A DNA stretch of 59,901 nucleotides, taken from Haloarculaceae archaeon (GTDB lineage: Archaea > Halobacteriota > Halobacteria > Halobacteriales > Haloarculaceae). A model generated the notes under the pieces. That model was not told the origin of the DNA, did no database searches, and saw only the letters and a program-made list of their open reading frames with translations. Position numbers and translations under genes: made by a program. Positions 26,380 through 35,119 of the stretch are shown here, one piece after another (within the stretch, counting starts at the first letter, position 1; every line of letters begins with the position of its first letter). Location: the NCBI GenBank assembly GCA_042217375.1, contig JBDGSV010000059.1:1-59901 (forward strand), read 5' to 3'.

Positions 26380-28074
26380 TCAGCGCTGGAGGCTGTCCTC
26401 GCCCTCCAGGTGGGAGAGCAGCGCCGGGTGGAGCGGCCCGTTCGAGCCGAGCAGTTCGGCGCGCTTCTCGTCCTGATCGAGCCGGAGCCGGTAGTCGTTC
26501 CCGGCGGAGTCGGTGATCCGCGCGCCGGCGGCGCGGGCGACGACGAGCCCGGCGGCCACGTCCCAGGGGTAGGTGTCGTACTCCCAGACGGCGTCGGCGG
26601 TGCCGCTGGCGAGATAACAGAGGCTGAGCGCAGCCGAGCCGAGCCGCCGCACGCCGCGGGCCTCCTGGTAGAACCGCGAGAGGAAGGTGCCGTCGGGGTC
26701 GTACCCCGAGAGGAGCATGCTCTCGTCGAGGCTGTCGCGGTCGGTCGTCGAGAGCTTGTTCTCGTTCTCGTAGGCGTCGCCGCCGGCCGTCGCGCTGAAC
26801 AGCTCGCCCGTCTCCGGGGCGAACACCACGCCCATCACCGGCTGCTCGTCTTCGAGGAGCGCGATCGAGATCGAGTAGTTGGGGTTGCCGTGCGCGAAGT
26901 TCCCGGTGCCGTCGAGCGGGTCGACGAGCCAGGTGTACTCGTTGCCCTCGCGCTGCTCGGACTCCTCGGAGCGGATGCCGTGGTCGGGGAACTCGTTCTC
27001 GATGACCGTCGAGATGATGTGGTCGGCCTGGTAGTCGGCCTCGGTGACGATGTCAGACTTGTCGGACTTGTAGCTGACCGACTCGACCTGGCCGTGGAGT
27101 TCGCGCAGCGGTTCGCCCGCGCTGCGGGCGGCCTCCTTCGCGATCTGGAGCGCGCGCTCGATCGTGTCCTGGGGCATCTCCGGCTCGCCGAGGTCGAGCG
27201 CCTCGCGGGGGCCGTGGTCGTCGCCGGCGCGGATCGACCAGCCCAGCTTGTTCGAGATGGCGGTGAAGAAGTGGTCGTCGTAGCTCGTCCGCACGATGTG
27301 GGCCGGGTTGGACGCGCCGGTGACGGTGACCACGTCGCCGCCCGAGAGGATGGTGTGGGTCCGGCCGCCGTCGACGAGCAGGTTCGCGCGGCCCTCGGTC
27401 ACGACCGTCAGTTCGGTCGACTCGCCCACGACGAGCGGCCGGACGCCGAGACGGTGGGTGTGGAGCGGGACGACCTGCAACGCGAGGTTGTTCTTCGGGT
27501 AGTGGATCGGCCCGTCCGCGGACATCGAGATGCCGGTCGAGCCGGTCGGCGTAGAGATGGCGAGGCCCGTCCCCTCGTACTCGCCGACGTACTCGTCGTC
27601 GGCGAACAGGTGGAGGCGGGTGATCTTCCGCTCGACGGGGTTCTCCGGCGGGACGTGCTGGATCATCACGTCGTTGATACCCGTCGTCTCGGTTCCCTTC
27701 GCCGTCACCTGGAGCTGCTGGCGGTTGTCGACCGTCGACCGGCCGCGGATCGCCTCGGTGAGCGCGTCGTCGAGGTCGCTCGGCGAGACCCGGGCGAGGA
27801 AGGCCAGGGTCCCGGTGTTCACGCCGAGCAAGGGGATCCGCCTCGGGGCGAACACGCGAATGCCCTCCAGGAAGGTCCCGTCGCCGCCGAGCGTCACGCC
27901 GAGCGTCGCGCGCTTCTCGTCGTAGAGGTCGCTGATGTCCTCGCCCACCTCGGCGGTCTTGAGCGTCACGTCGCGGTCGTCGGTCCAGGATTCGAGCGCC
28001 GAGATCGCGCGATCGCTGTCCGGACTGGCGATCGTGATGATCTCCTCGGTCGTGGCTAGGCGGCGTCCATGCAT
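26380..28074 (-). CDS. Fusion protein: NAD kinase (N-terminal) / inositol-monophosphatase-family, putative NADP phosphatase (C-terminal)
   Basis: ORF 26380..28557 trimmed to the ATG at 28074 (MHGRRLATTEE...). NADK motifs GGDGTFL and STPTGSTGISMS. IMPase motifs WLVDPLDGTGNFAHG and YPWDVAAG. Confidence 0.9.
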   Translation of the reverse strand: MHGRRLATTEEIITIASPDSDRAISALESWTDDRDVTLKTAEVGEDISDLYDEKRATLGVTLGGDGTFLEGIRVFAPRRIPLLGVNTGTLAFLARVSPSDLDDALTEAIRGRSTVDNRQQLQVTAKGTETTGINDVMIQHVPPENPVERKITRLHLFADDEYVGEYEGTGLAISTPTGSTGISMSADGPIHYPKNNLALQVVPLHTHRLGVRPLVVGESTELTVVTEGRANLLVDGGRTHTILSGGDVVTVTGASNPAHIVRTSYDDHFFTAISNKLGWSIRAGDDHGPREALDLGEPEMPQDTIERALQIAKEAARSAGEPLRELHGQVESVSYKSDKSDIVTEADYQADHIISTVIENEFPDHGIRSEESEQREGNEYTWLVDPLDGTGNFAHGNPNYSISIALLEDEQPVMGVVFAPETGELFSATAGGDAYENENKLSTTDRDSLDESMLLSGYDPDGTFLSRFYQEARGVRRLGSAALSLCYLASGTADAVWEYDTYPWDVAAGLVVARAAGARITDSAGNDYRLRLDQDEKRAELLGSNGPLHPALLSHLEGEDSLQR

Positions 28075-28099
28075 AGGGAGGGTCGTACCGTCACGTCGG

Positions 28100-28122
28100 G
28101 CAAATAGTTTTGCATCCTGCAA
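28100..28122. promoter_or_regulatory. AT-rich divergent promoter core with two overlapping palindromes (GCAAA-TAGT-TTTGC; TTGCA-TCC-TGCAA)
   Basis: Sits about 26-27 nt from both divergent starts (28074 minus strand, 28141 plus strand). Confidence 0.35.
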
Positions 28123-28140
28123 GCGTATCGCACATCGAGA

Positions 28141-28587
28141 ATGACAGTCGAAGCACTCGCACGAGAGAAGGTCGTATCGCTGAGCCCCGACGCCTCGATC
28201 ACCGAGGCGGTGGCGCTGATGCGCGATCGCAACGTGGGGAGCATCGTCGTCGTCGACGACGGATCGCCCGCGGGCATCCTGACAGACCGCGACGTGGCGC
28301 TCGGGGCCATCGGCGACGACGTCGATCCCCGAACGCTGACCGTCGGGGAAGTGATGAGCGAGGACCTGCTGACCGTCGAACCCGGCACGGGCGTCCTCGA
28401 CCTGATGCGGGAGATGGCCTCGGAGGGCGTCAGGCGCGTGCCCGTCGTCGAGGACGGCGAACTGCTCGGGATCGTCACGCTCGACGACCTCGTCGTGCTG
28501 TTGAGCATGGAACTCCAGAGCATGGCGAACCTCATCCGCGCGGAGTCGCCGCCCCACGAGGTGTCCGCGACGGACCTGTTCGGCTGA
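28141..28587 (+). CDS. CBS domain pair protein
   Basis: 148 aa with two CBS repeats (VGSIVVVDDGSPAGILTDRD; VRRVPVVEDGELLGIVTLDD). Confidence 0.88.
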   Translation: MTVEALAREKVVSLSPDASITEAVALMRDRNVGSIVVVDDGSPAGILTDRDVALGAIGDDVDPRTLTVGEVMSEDLLTVEPGTGVLDLMREMASEGVRRVPVVEDGELLGIVTLDDLVVLLSMELQSMANLIRAESPPHEVSATDLFG

Positions 28588-28591
28588 CCGG

Positions 28592-29551
28592 TCAGGGCCG
28601 CCGGTCGGCCGCCGCGGAGAACCCGCGTGCGTCGTCGCCCGCGTGGGACCGAACCCACAGTTCGCCGATCCGGGAGAGCCGCGTCCGGTAGGACTTCCCC
28701 CGCGACTCCTGCTCGATGTACCCCTTCCCGCCCGGCCCCAGCCGGTCGACGTTGTAGATGACCTTCGAGCGGAAGGAGTCGGTGTACTCCTCGTTGAGTT
28801 CGCGAGCCAGCGTCTGTGCGAGTTCGCTCACCGACTCGAACTCGCCGTGCTCGCCGAGCGTGAACAGGATGAGCTCCTCGAACGGCTTGACGTTCGAGAA
28901 GGAGGCGACCGGCAACTCGATGATGTGGGACCCGTCGACCTCCTTGGCGCCGATGGTGGTCCCTCGTTCGTCGAACTCCGCGAGCAGGTCCGCGGCGCTC
29001 TCCAGACGCTGCTGGATTCGCTCGTCGGCCGCTCCCTCCGCGAGCAGGTCTTCGAGCAGCGCGACCTGCTCGCGGAGTTCCTCTGCGATCTCGGTCTCCA
29101 GGTACTTCTCGGGGACCGTGTAGTAGGTGTGGATGCGCTCGCGGTCCTCCTCGCGCTCGACCATGATGGAGTGGGCGGCGGTGGCGAACGCGAAGCTCAC
29201 CGTCCGGGGCATCGAGGAGATGTTGACCCACACCTCGCCCTCGGCGTCCCCGTCCGGCTCCTCGTCCGTGCGACCCGCGTCGAGCTGGGCGTTGATGAGG
29301 TCGTAGGCCTGCTCGAAGGCGGCGTCGTAGTCGTAGACGTCCGCGACGACGAACCGCTCGGTCTCCGCCCCCAGGAGGTTCTGGAAGTCCTTCTCGAGTT
29401 TCGCGGCGAGGTTCCGCGAGTACTCGACGTTGGCCTCGCTCCCGACTGCGCCCTCGAGGAGGATGACGCGGTCGACGTCGAGCTGGTCCCGGACGAGCGG
29501 CGCGATGAGCCGGTCGTAGTCGAACCCGACCGGGACGATGTGGGTCTGCAT
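28592..29551 (-). CDS. Putative transcriptional regulator: Csa3/CARF-like Rossmann N-domain + C-terminal wHTH (HFX_2341-type family, from memory)
   Basis: 319 aa, very acidic. The N-terminus MQTHIVPVGFDYDRLIAPL resembles the first strand/loop of Csa3-type domains. The C-terminal part (FEELILFTLGEHGEFESVSELAQTLAREL...) looks like a wHTH. Confidence 0.7.
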   Translation of the reverse strand: MQTHIVPVGFDYDRLIAPLVRDQLDVDRVILLEGAVGSEANVEYSRNLAAKLEKDFQNLLGAETERFVVADVYDYDAAFEQAYDLINAQLDAGRTDEEPDGDAEGEVWVNISSMPRTVSFAFATAAHSIMVEREEDRERIHTYYTVPEKYLETEIAEELREQVALLEDLLAEGAADERIQQRLESAADLLAEFDERGTTIGAKEVDGSHIIELPVASFSNVKPFEELILFTLGEHGEFESVSELAQTLARELNEEYTDSFRSKVIYNVDRLGPGGKGYIEQESRGKSYRTRLSRIGELWVRSHAGDDARGFSAAADRRP

Positions 29552-29572
29552 ACGTGTGGGGACGGCCCGGCG

Positions 29573-29582
29573 AATATAAAAA
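29573..29582 (-). promoter_or_regulatory. Strong candidate TATA box (minus strand TTTTTATATT)
   Basis: Centred 26 nt upstream of the ATG at 29551. The only AT run in an otherwise GC-rich spacer. Confidence 0.5.
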
Positions 29583-29867
29583 CCATCAGCCGTCGCGCCG
29601 CGCGATTCCGCGGCGACACACGTCGTCGCCGCGCTGTGCGGGAGAACCGGCGGCCGGGAGCCCGGGGCGCCGCCGCCCGCTCCGCTTCGAGCGTGACCAC
29701 GAACAGCAGTCCGAGCAGGAGCGTGACGAACCCGATCGCGACCGAGAGTCGCACGTCGTGTCTCGTGTGTGAACGCACGCGCGCAGCGACCGAACGTGGC
29801 GACGTCGGATCCCGACGACCGGGAATCGTGGTCGCGCCGGACCAGACCGCACCGGGAGAGGGGAGCG

Positions 29868-30587
29868 CTACGCGATGCCGATGTAGGCGTCCCGAACGTA
29901 GTCGTTGTTCTGGAACTCCTCTGCGGTCCCCTCCAGTTCGATCGTCCCCGTCTCGAGGAGGTAGAGCCGTTCCGCGTGGCGCATGGCGAACGAGGAGTTC
30001 TGCTCGGCCAGCAGGATCGTGAGTCCCTGGTCGCGCAGTTCCTCGATCGCGTCGCTGATGTCGTCGATGATGACGGGCGCCAGTCCCTGGGTCGGTTCGT
30101 CGAGCATGAGGAGGTCGGGGTCGGCCATCAGCGCCCGCCCGACGGCGAGCATCTGCTGTTCCCCGCCGCTCATGGTCTCTGCCTCCTGGTCGCGGCGCTC
30201 GTCGAGCCGGGGGAAGAGGTCGTAGACGAGGTCGAAGCGCTCCTGGACGCGGTCGTCGTCGTCGAGGCGGTGGCCGCCCATCGCGAGGTTCTCGTGGACC
30301 GAGAAGAACGGGAAGAGGTCGCGGTTCTCGGTGCAGTGGATCAGCCCCATGTCGACGATCTGGCGGTCGGACTTCTGGGCGAGGTTCTCGCCCTTGAACG
30401 TGATCGTCCCCTCGTAGGGGTGGAGACCGCTGATCGCGTTGAGCATCGTGGTCTTGCCCGCACCGTTCGGGCCGATCACGCTCACGATCTCGCCGCTGTC
30501 GACCGCGATCGAGACCCCGTCGAGCGCCTGGACGCGGTCGTAGTGGACGTCGAGGTCGTGGACCTCGAACAGCCGGTCGTCGGCCAT
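29868..30587 (-). CDS. livF: Branched-chain amino acid-type ABC transporter, ATP-binding protein (LivF-like)
   Basis: 239 aa with Walker A GPNGAGKTT, signature MSGGEQQ and Walker B LLMLDEP. Confidence 0.92.
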   Translation of the reverse strand: MADDRLFEVHDLDVHYDRVQALDGVSIAVDSGEIVSVIGPNGAGKTTMLNAISGLHPYEGTITFKGENLAQKSDRQIVDMGLIHCTENRDLFPFFSVHENLAMGGHRLDDDDRVQERFDLVYDLFPRLDERRDQEAETMSGGEQQMLAVGRALMADPDLLMLDEPTQGLAPVIIDDISDAIEELRDQGLTILLAEQNSSFAMRHAERLYLLETGTIELEGTAEEFQNNDYVRDAYIGIA

Positions 30588-31337
30588 TCAGTCCACCTCC
30601 CCGGTGGAGCCAGCGAGGTAGGCCTGCTGGACCTGGTGGTCGTCGGCGATCTCCTCGGGCGTCCCCTCGCTGAGCTTCTGGCCCTCGTTCAGTACGACGA
30701 CGCGATCGACGAGTGGCATCAGTCCTTTCATGTTGTGGTCGACGATGACGATCGTGATCCCCGCGTCCCGGAAGGAGCGAATCTGCTCCGAGAGTTCGCG
30801 GATCTCCGCCTGGTTGAGCCCGGCGAACGGTTCGTCGAGCAACAGCGCGTCGGGGTCGGTCGCGAGCGCTTTCGCGATCTCGAGCCGGCGCGTGTCGGCG
30901 TGGGTCATCTCGCCCGGCAGCAGGTCGAGCTGGTCCTCGATGCCGACGCGGGCGGCGATCTCGCGGATCTCGTCGGTGGTGGCCCCGCCCCGGAACGCGA
31001 GCACGCTGTTGGGGAGCGTGAACACCTTGATGTTCCGGGCGGCGCTCATCGAGGGGATCGGATTCGAGTGCTGGGAGACCCGCGCCAGCCCCTCGTTGAC
31101 GATGTCGTGGGTGTCCCAGCCCGTGACGTCGGTCCCGTGGAAGGTGACCTGGCCGCCGTCGGTGCGATAGGTGCCCATGATGCAGTTGAACACCGTGGTC
31201 TTGCCCGCACCGTTCGGGCCGATGAACCCGAGGATCTCGTCGCTGTTGACCTCGAAGGACAGCGAGTCGACCGCCACCAGCCCGCCGAACGTCTTCGTCA
31301 GGTCGGTCACGGTCATCACGTCGCCGTCTGCGCTCAT
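30588..31337 (-). CDS. livG: Branched-chain amino acid-type ABC transporter, ATP-binding protein (LivG-like)
   Basis: Start re-set to the ATG at 31337 (MSADGDVMTVTDL...). Walker A GPNGAGKTT and LLLDEPFAGLN. ATGA overlap with the upstream permease gene. Confidence 0.92.
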   Translation of the reverse strand: MSADGDVMTVTDLTKTFGGLVAVDSLSFEVNSDEILGFIGPNGAGKTTVFNCIMGTYRTDGGQVTFHGTDVTGWDTHDIVNEGLARVSQHSNPIPSMSAARNIKVFTLPNSVLAFRGGATTDEIREIAARVGIEDQLDLLPGEMTHADTRRLEIAKALATDPDALLLDEPFAGLNQAEIRELSEQIRSFRDAGITIVIVDHNMKGLMPLVDRVVVLNEGQKLSEGTPEEIADDHQVQQAYLAGSTGEVD

Positions 31338-32416
31338 CCGCGACCACCTCCGATCCGGGAGAAGTACCCGCGGAGACGGCCCGGGAGTTCGCTGACGTAC
31401 GTCCCGATCCCCTCCTCGCCGATGTAGCCGAGGAAGCGCCAGAACCGCCTGAACAGCCCCTCGGGGCTGGAGACGATGATGACCAGGACGACGACCCACA
31501 GCGCGATCCACCGGGCGTTCGGGCCGAGGAAGATCCGGAAGAACGAGTCCCGGAGCAGGACGAGCAGGTACGCACCCGCGATCGGCCCGAGGATGGTTCC
31601 CATGCCGCCGATGACCGCCATCGCGATCATCTCGATGCTCCGGTCGGTGACGAGGAAGCTGGACAGCTGGACGTTGCCGTAGAAGTGCGCGAGCATCGTG
31701 CCGCCGATCCCCATGGCGACCGAACTGATGACGAAGCCCCAGATCTTGAACTTCGTCGTGTCGAGGCCGGCGGCCTCGACCGCCGGTTCGTTGTCGCGGA
31801 TCGCCAGTAGAATCGTGCCGATGTTCGACTTGCTCACCAGCACGAGCCCGACGGCGATCAGGAGCATCGGGAACAGCGTCAGGTAGAACAGGTTGGTGTT
31901 GTTGTAGGACAGCACCGAGACGCCGCTGATGCCGAGTTCACCGTTGGTGTACTTCGAGAAGACGTACACGGCCTTGACCGCGAGCAGGACCGCGACGAAG
32001 GTGATCACCGAGAAGTACGGCCCTCGCAGGCGCAGCGACGGGACGCCGAACACGAGGCCGGCCACGACCGCCATCACCACGGACAGCGGGAAGGTGATGT
32101 AGATCGACATGTTCGGGTCGACGACGTAGATGAGGATGGCCGTGGTGTAGGCGGCCGTACCCGAGATGAACGAGTGCCCGAAGCTGATGTAGCCGGTGTG
32201 GCCGCTGATGATGTCCCAGCCCATCGCGAAGATGGCCCAGATGTTCGCGAAGGCAGCCACGTAGATGACGCTCTTACCCCATACCGGCAGCGTGAGCATG
32301 CCGAGGATCCAGATCACCAGCGCGGCGGTCTGGTACCGGTTCGCGTCGATCGCGGCGAGCATCGACTGAATCGTACCGCCGGACGTGACGCCGGCGGCTG
32401 CGGTTTCGTCACTCAA
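31334..32416 (-). CDS. livM: Branched-chain amino acid-type ABC transporter permease (LivM-like)
   Basis: 360 aa polytopic with GHTGYISFGHSFISG, typical of LivM. Confidence 0.9.
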   Translation of the reverse strand: MSDETAAAGVTSGGTIQSMLAAIDANRYQTAALVIWILGMLTLPVWGKSVIYVAAFANIWAIFAMGWDIISGHTGYISFGHSFISGTAAYTTAILIYVVDPNMSIYITFPLSVVMAVVAGLVFGVPSLRLRGPYFSVITFVAVLLAVKAVYVFSKYTNGELGISGVSVLSYNNTNLFYLTLFPMLLIAVGLVLVSKSNIGTILLAIRDNEPAVEAAGLDTTKFKIWGFVISSVAMGIGGTMLAHFYGNVQLSSFLVTDRSIEMIAMAVIGGMGTILGPIAGAYLLVLLRDSFFRIFLGPNARWIALWVVVLVIIVSSPEGLFRRFWRFLGYIGEEGIGTYVSELPGRLRGYFSRIGGGRG

Positions 32417-33266
32417 GGAACTCCCTCCCGAACAGACCCTGTGGGCGGATGAGGATGATCGCGATCAGCAGGGCGAACGAGAACATCCCGCGGAGGTTGG
32501 CCCCGCCCAGGGTCACGGTGATCGTCTGCAGGAACCCGATCAGGTACGCACCGACGATCGAGCCCTTGATGCTCCCGACGCCGCCGACCGTGACGATGAC
32601 GAACGCGAGGCCCAGCGCCGTGACCCACATGGTGGGGCTCGTCGACTGGAGCGAGCCGATGAACACGCCCGCGAACCCGGCGAACGCGCCCGCGAGGAGC
32701 CACGCCACGCCGTTCACGTAGTCGACGTTGATCCCCGAGAGCCGCGCGCCCTTCTCAGTCATCGAGGTCGCCAGGACCGACTGCCCCGTCTCCGTGTAGC
32801 GCACGAACAGCCACAGCAGGGCCAGCGCGACCCACGAGAGCGCGAACGCCACGATCTGGTAGAGCCGGACGCGCGTGCCCGCGATCTGGATGCCGCCCGA
32901 CACCATCGGTGCGAGGCTGCGCGGCGCGGTCGAGAACTGGACGACGAACAGCTGCTGGAGGATGATCGCGATCAGCAGCGTCGACAGGAACGTGATCACG
33001 ACGTCGTCCTCGATGAACCGGACCAGCCCCTGATAGAGCACGTACGAGGCGATCCCCGCGACGACGATCGCCGCGACGAACGCCCCGATCTTCGGCAGGA
33101 ACCGGTTCGAGACGAGATACGTGTAGGCGCCGATCATGAGCAGGGCGCCGTGCGACAGGTTCAGGACGCCGCGGAGTCCGTAGATCAGCGTGAATCCGAT
33201 GGCGATCAGCGCGTAGACCGAACTGACCATCAGCCCCGTGACCAGTATTGACCCTATCTCGACCAT
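32409..33266 (-). CDS. livH: Branched-chain amino acid-type ABC transporter permease (LivH-like)
   Basis: 285 aa polytopic with VLNLSHGALLMIGAY, typical of LivH. Confidence 0.9.
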   Translation of the reverse strand: MVEIGSILVTGLMVSSVYALIAIGFTLIYGLRGVLNLSHGALLMIGAYTYLVSNRFLPKIGAFVAAIVVAGIASYVLYQGLVRFIEDDVVITFLSTLLIAIILQQLFVVQFSTAPRSLAPMVSGGIQIAGTRVRLYQIVAFALSWVALALLWLFVRYTETGQSVLATSMTEKGARLSGINVDYVNGVAWLLAGAFAGFAGVFIGSLQSTSPTMWVTALGLAFVIVTVGGVGSIKGSIVGAYLIGFLQTITVTLGGANLRGMFSFALLIAIILIRPQGLFGREFLE

Positions 33267-33347
33267 GCTATCACGCCCTGACGTCGACTCGACGCGTCGC
33301 TCGCGCGGCGGTCCCGGGGGATGGAGACGGGGTGTGAGCCCCGGGAA

Positions 33348-34754
33348 TCATCCCTGCATCCACGGGGGGACCTTGTGGTCGCCAGAGGCGAACTTCTCTG
33401 GCCAGACCCCGACTTTCGTCCCGCCGGTGCCGGCGATGCCGTTGCCGCCCTCGGCCTTCTGCCACTGGGTGACCGGGAACGGCGCCAGGTCGACGCCGGA
33501 CTTCACGTCGTGGGGGTACTTCTCGCCCTTCCCGTAGAACTGGATCTGCCCGGCGACGCCCGTGTAGTCGGTCTTCTCCAGCGCCGCGACGATGTCGTCG
33601 AGGTTGTTCTTGTAGTCGGCCGTGCCGGCCTCCTCGACGGCGTTCTTGAAGATGAACATGGCGTCGTAGGTGCCAAAGCCCATGTACATCGGCGTCGTCG
33701 GCCGGGAGTCGTAGCGATCCTGGTAGGCCTTCCGGAACGGGATGGTCTTGTCCGTGACCGGAGCGAACCCGCCCGCGCCCGACTCGGAGGTCGTCTCGTA
33801 GAGGCAGCCGCCGTTGGTGTCACCCCAGTACTGGGGCGACATCGAGGCGACGTTGATCCCCTCCTGTGCGAAGGGGTACTGGTTCTCCCCCCACGTCGCG
33901 AGCATCGACGTGCCCGGGATGTGGGAGATGGCCTTGAGCATCACCTTCGCGCCCGACGACTCGACGGAGTCGAGGACGGGCGTGAAGTCCGAGGTGTCCG
34001 GTGCGATGCGCTTGTTCATCGTCACCTCGATGCCCTCGTCCTTGAGCGCCGGCGGCGTGAGGTCGGTGACCGGCTGGGTCCACGTGGCGTCCTCGACGAC
34101 CACGGCCATCTTGTCCCAGCCGTGCTGGTTCTGCAGGAACTTGCCGTAGTTGGCCAGCTGCTTGGCCTGGAAGTCGGCGTTGACCGGGTTACACCGGAAG
34201 ATGTTCTTGTAGAGGTCGTAGTTCTTCCCCACGTGGTCCTGGGTGATCTTCGGCGACGCCGACCCCGTGTCGATGAAGGGGACGTTGGCGTGTGCCACCC
34301 GGTCCTCGATGCCGAGCATGGTCTCGGAGGCGAACGTCCCCGAGAGCATCACGACGCCCTTGTCGACCATGTTCTGGACCAGGGTGTTGGTCTGGGAGGG
34401 GCTGAACTGGGTGTCGCCCTTCACGAGCTGGACCTCGCGGCCCATGATCCCCCCGTCCTCGTTGATCTTGTCCACGGCCATCTGGGCCGACCGCATCGAC
34501 CCTTTCCCCATGTCGTGTTGGACGGGCGCGAGGTGGCCGACCTTGATCGGCTCGCTGCTGCCGCCACCCCCGTTGTTCCCGCCACCGCCGCCGCCGTTGT
34601 TCCCGCCACCGTTACCACCGCCGTTGCCGCCACCGTTCCCGCCGCCGTTGCCGAAGCAACCGGCCAGTCCAGTCGCGACAATACCTGCCCCGGACGCCTT
34701 CAACAGCGTGCGTCGAGAGGCGTTGGAGCGTCCATCTCGGTCAGAATTGGACAT
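33348..34754 (-). CDS. ABC transporter substrate-binding lipoprotein (LivJ/PBP type 1), Tat signal + lipobox + Gly/Asn linker
   Basis: Start set to the ATG at 34754 (MSNSDRDGRSNASRRTLLKASGAGIVATGLAGC...); an alternative ATG lies at 34766. Twin-arginine SRRTLLK and lipobox LAGC. Body is Leu/Ile/Val-binding-protein-like. Confidence 0.88.
   Translation of the reverse strand: MSNSDRDGRSNASRRTLLKASGAGIVATGLAGCFGNGGGNGGGNGGGNGGGNNGGGGGGNNGGGGSSEPIKVGHLAPVQHDMGKGSMRSAQMAVDKINEDGGIMGREVQLVKGDTQFSPSQTNTLVQNMVDKGVVMLSGTFASETMLGIEDRVAHANVPFIDTGSASPKITQDHVGKNYDLYKNIFRCNPVNADFQAKQLANYGKFLQNQHGWDKMAVVVEDATWTQPVTDLTPPALKDEGIEVTMNKRIAPDTSDFTPVLDSVESSGAKVMLKAISHIPGTSMLATWGENQYPFAQEGINVASMSPQYWGDTNGGCLYETTSESGAGGFAPVTDKTIPFRKAYQDRYDSRPTTPMYMGFGTYDAMFIFKNAVEEAGTADYKNNLDDIVAALEKTDYTGVAGQIQFYGKGEKYPHDVKSGVDLAPFPVTQWQKAEGGNGIAGTGGTKVGVWPEKFASGDHKVPPWMQG
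34560..34652 (-). repeat. Low-complexity Gly/Asn linker coding repeat (GNGGGNGGGNGGGNGGGNNGGGGGGNNGGGG)
   Basis: Read in the ORF translation and as GGN/AAC codon periodicity in the DNA, immediately after the lipobox cysteine. Confidence 0.85.
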
Positions 34755-34794
34755 GTTCGGTCCCATAGCTACACTTCCATGGGTGCTATTGACT

Positions 34795-34840
34795 ACCAAC
34801 ATATATACTTCATTGACGATAATCATTGATAATTGAGCGG
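34795..34840 (-). promoter_or_regulatory. AT-rich promoter region of the first Liv-type operon (TATATA-containing; CATTGA direct repeat)
   Basis: The most AT-rich stretch of the window (aacatatatacttcattgacgataatcattgataattgag), 40-85 nt upstream of the binding-protein start. CATTGA occurs twice, 13 nt apart. Confidence 0.45.
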
Positions 34841-35119
34841 GCACGTCGGTGGGGAGCGCCCTTCGCCGCTCTCGACGACCGACAACCGACCGACTGCGTG
34901 CGGGTGTGCGTACCAATCACACAGTCGATCGGCGGCCGCGCGACCGCGACCCCTTTGCGAGCCGTCTGGTTCGGAGAAGTAGAGGTCGAAAAGGACGCGA
35001 CTGCGAGCCGATTCGACCGTTGATTCGTCTAGTCGGTTTCGCGACACTGCACGCAGGAGGGGAATTATCTATCGACACCCCCCCAAACGAAGGTCGTCGT
35101 CCCGGCCGGGGCAGGCCGG

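Noticed and set aside
29197-31575. 792-aa minus-strand ORF across the regulator/LivF/LivG region. It includes a TM-like stretch (RLSVAIGFVTLLLGLLFVVTLEAER) within the 29552-29867 spacer.
   Set aside because: The ORF as a whole is an Arg/Pro-rich artefact. The short hydrophobic stretch has no convincing start codon and no stop before running into the regulator gene, so I did not call a small gene.
34823-35047. Two small ORFs in the 365-nt spacer between the two ABC operons: 74 aa on the minus strand, and 34826..35023, 65 aa on the plus strand.
   Set aside because: There is no family resemblance, the composition is mixed, they are mutually antisense, and they overlap the AT-rich promoter region. 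They are more likely non-coding leader or promoter DNA. They cannot be excluded without expression data.
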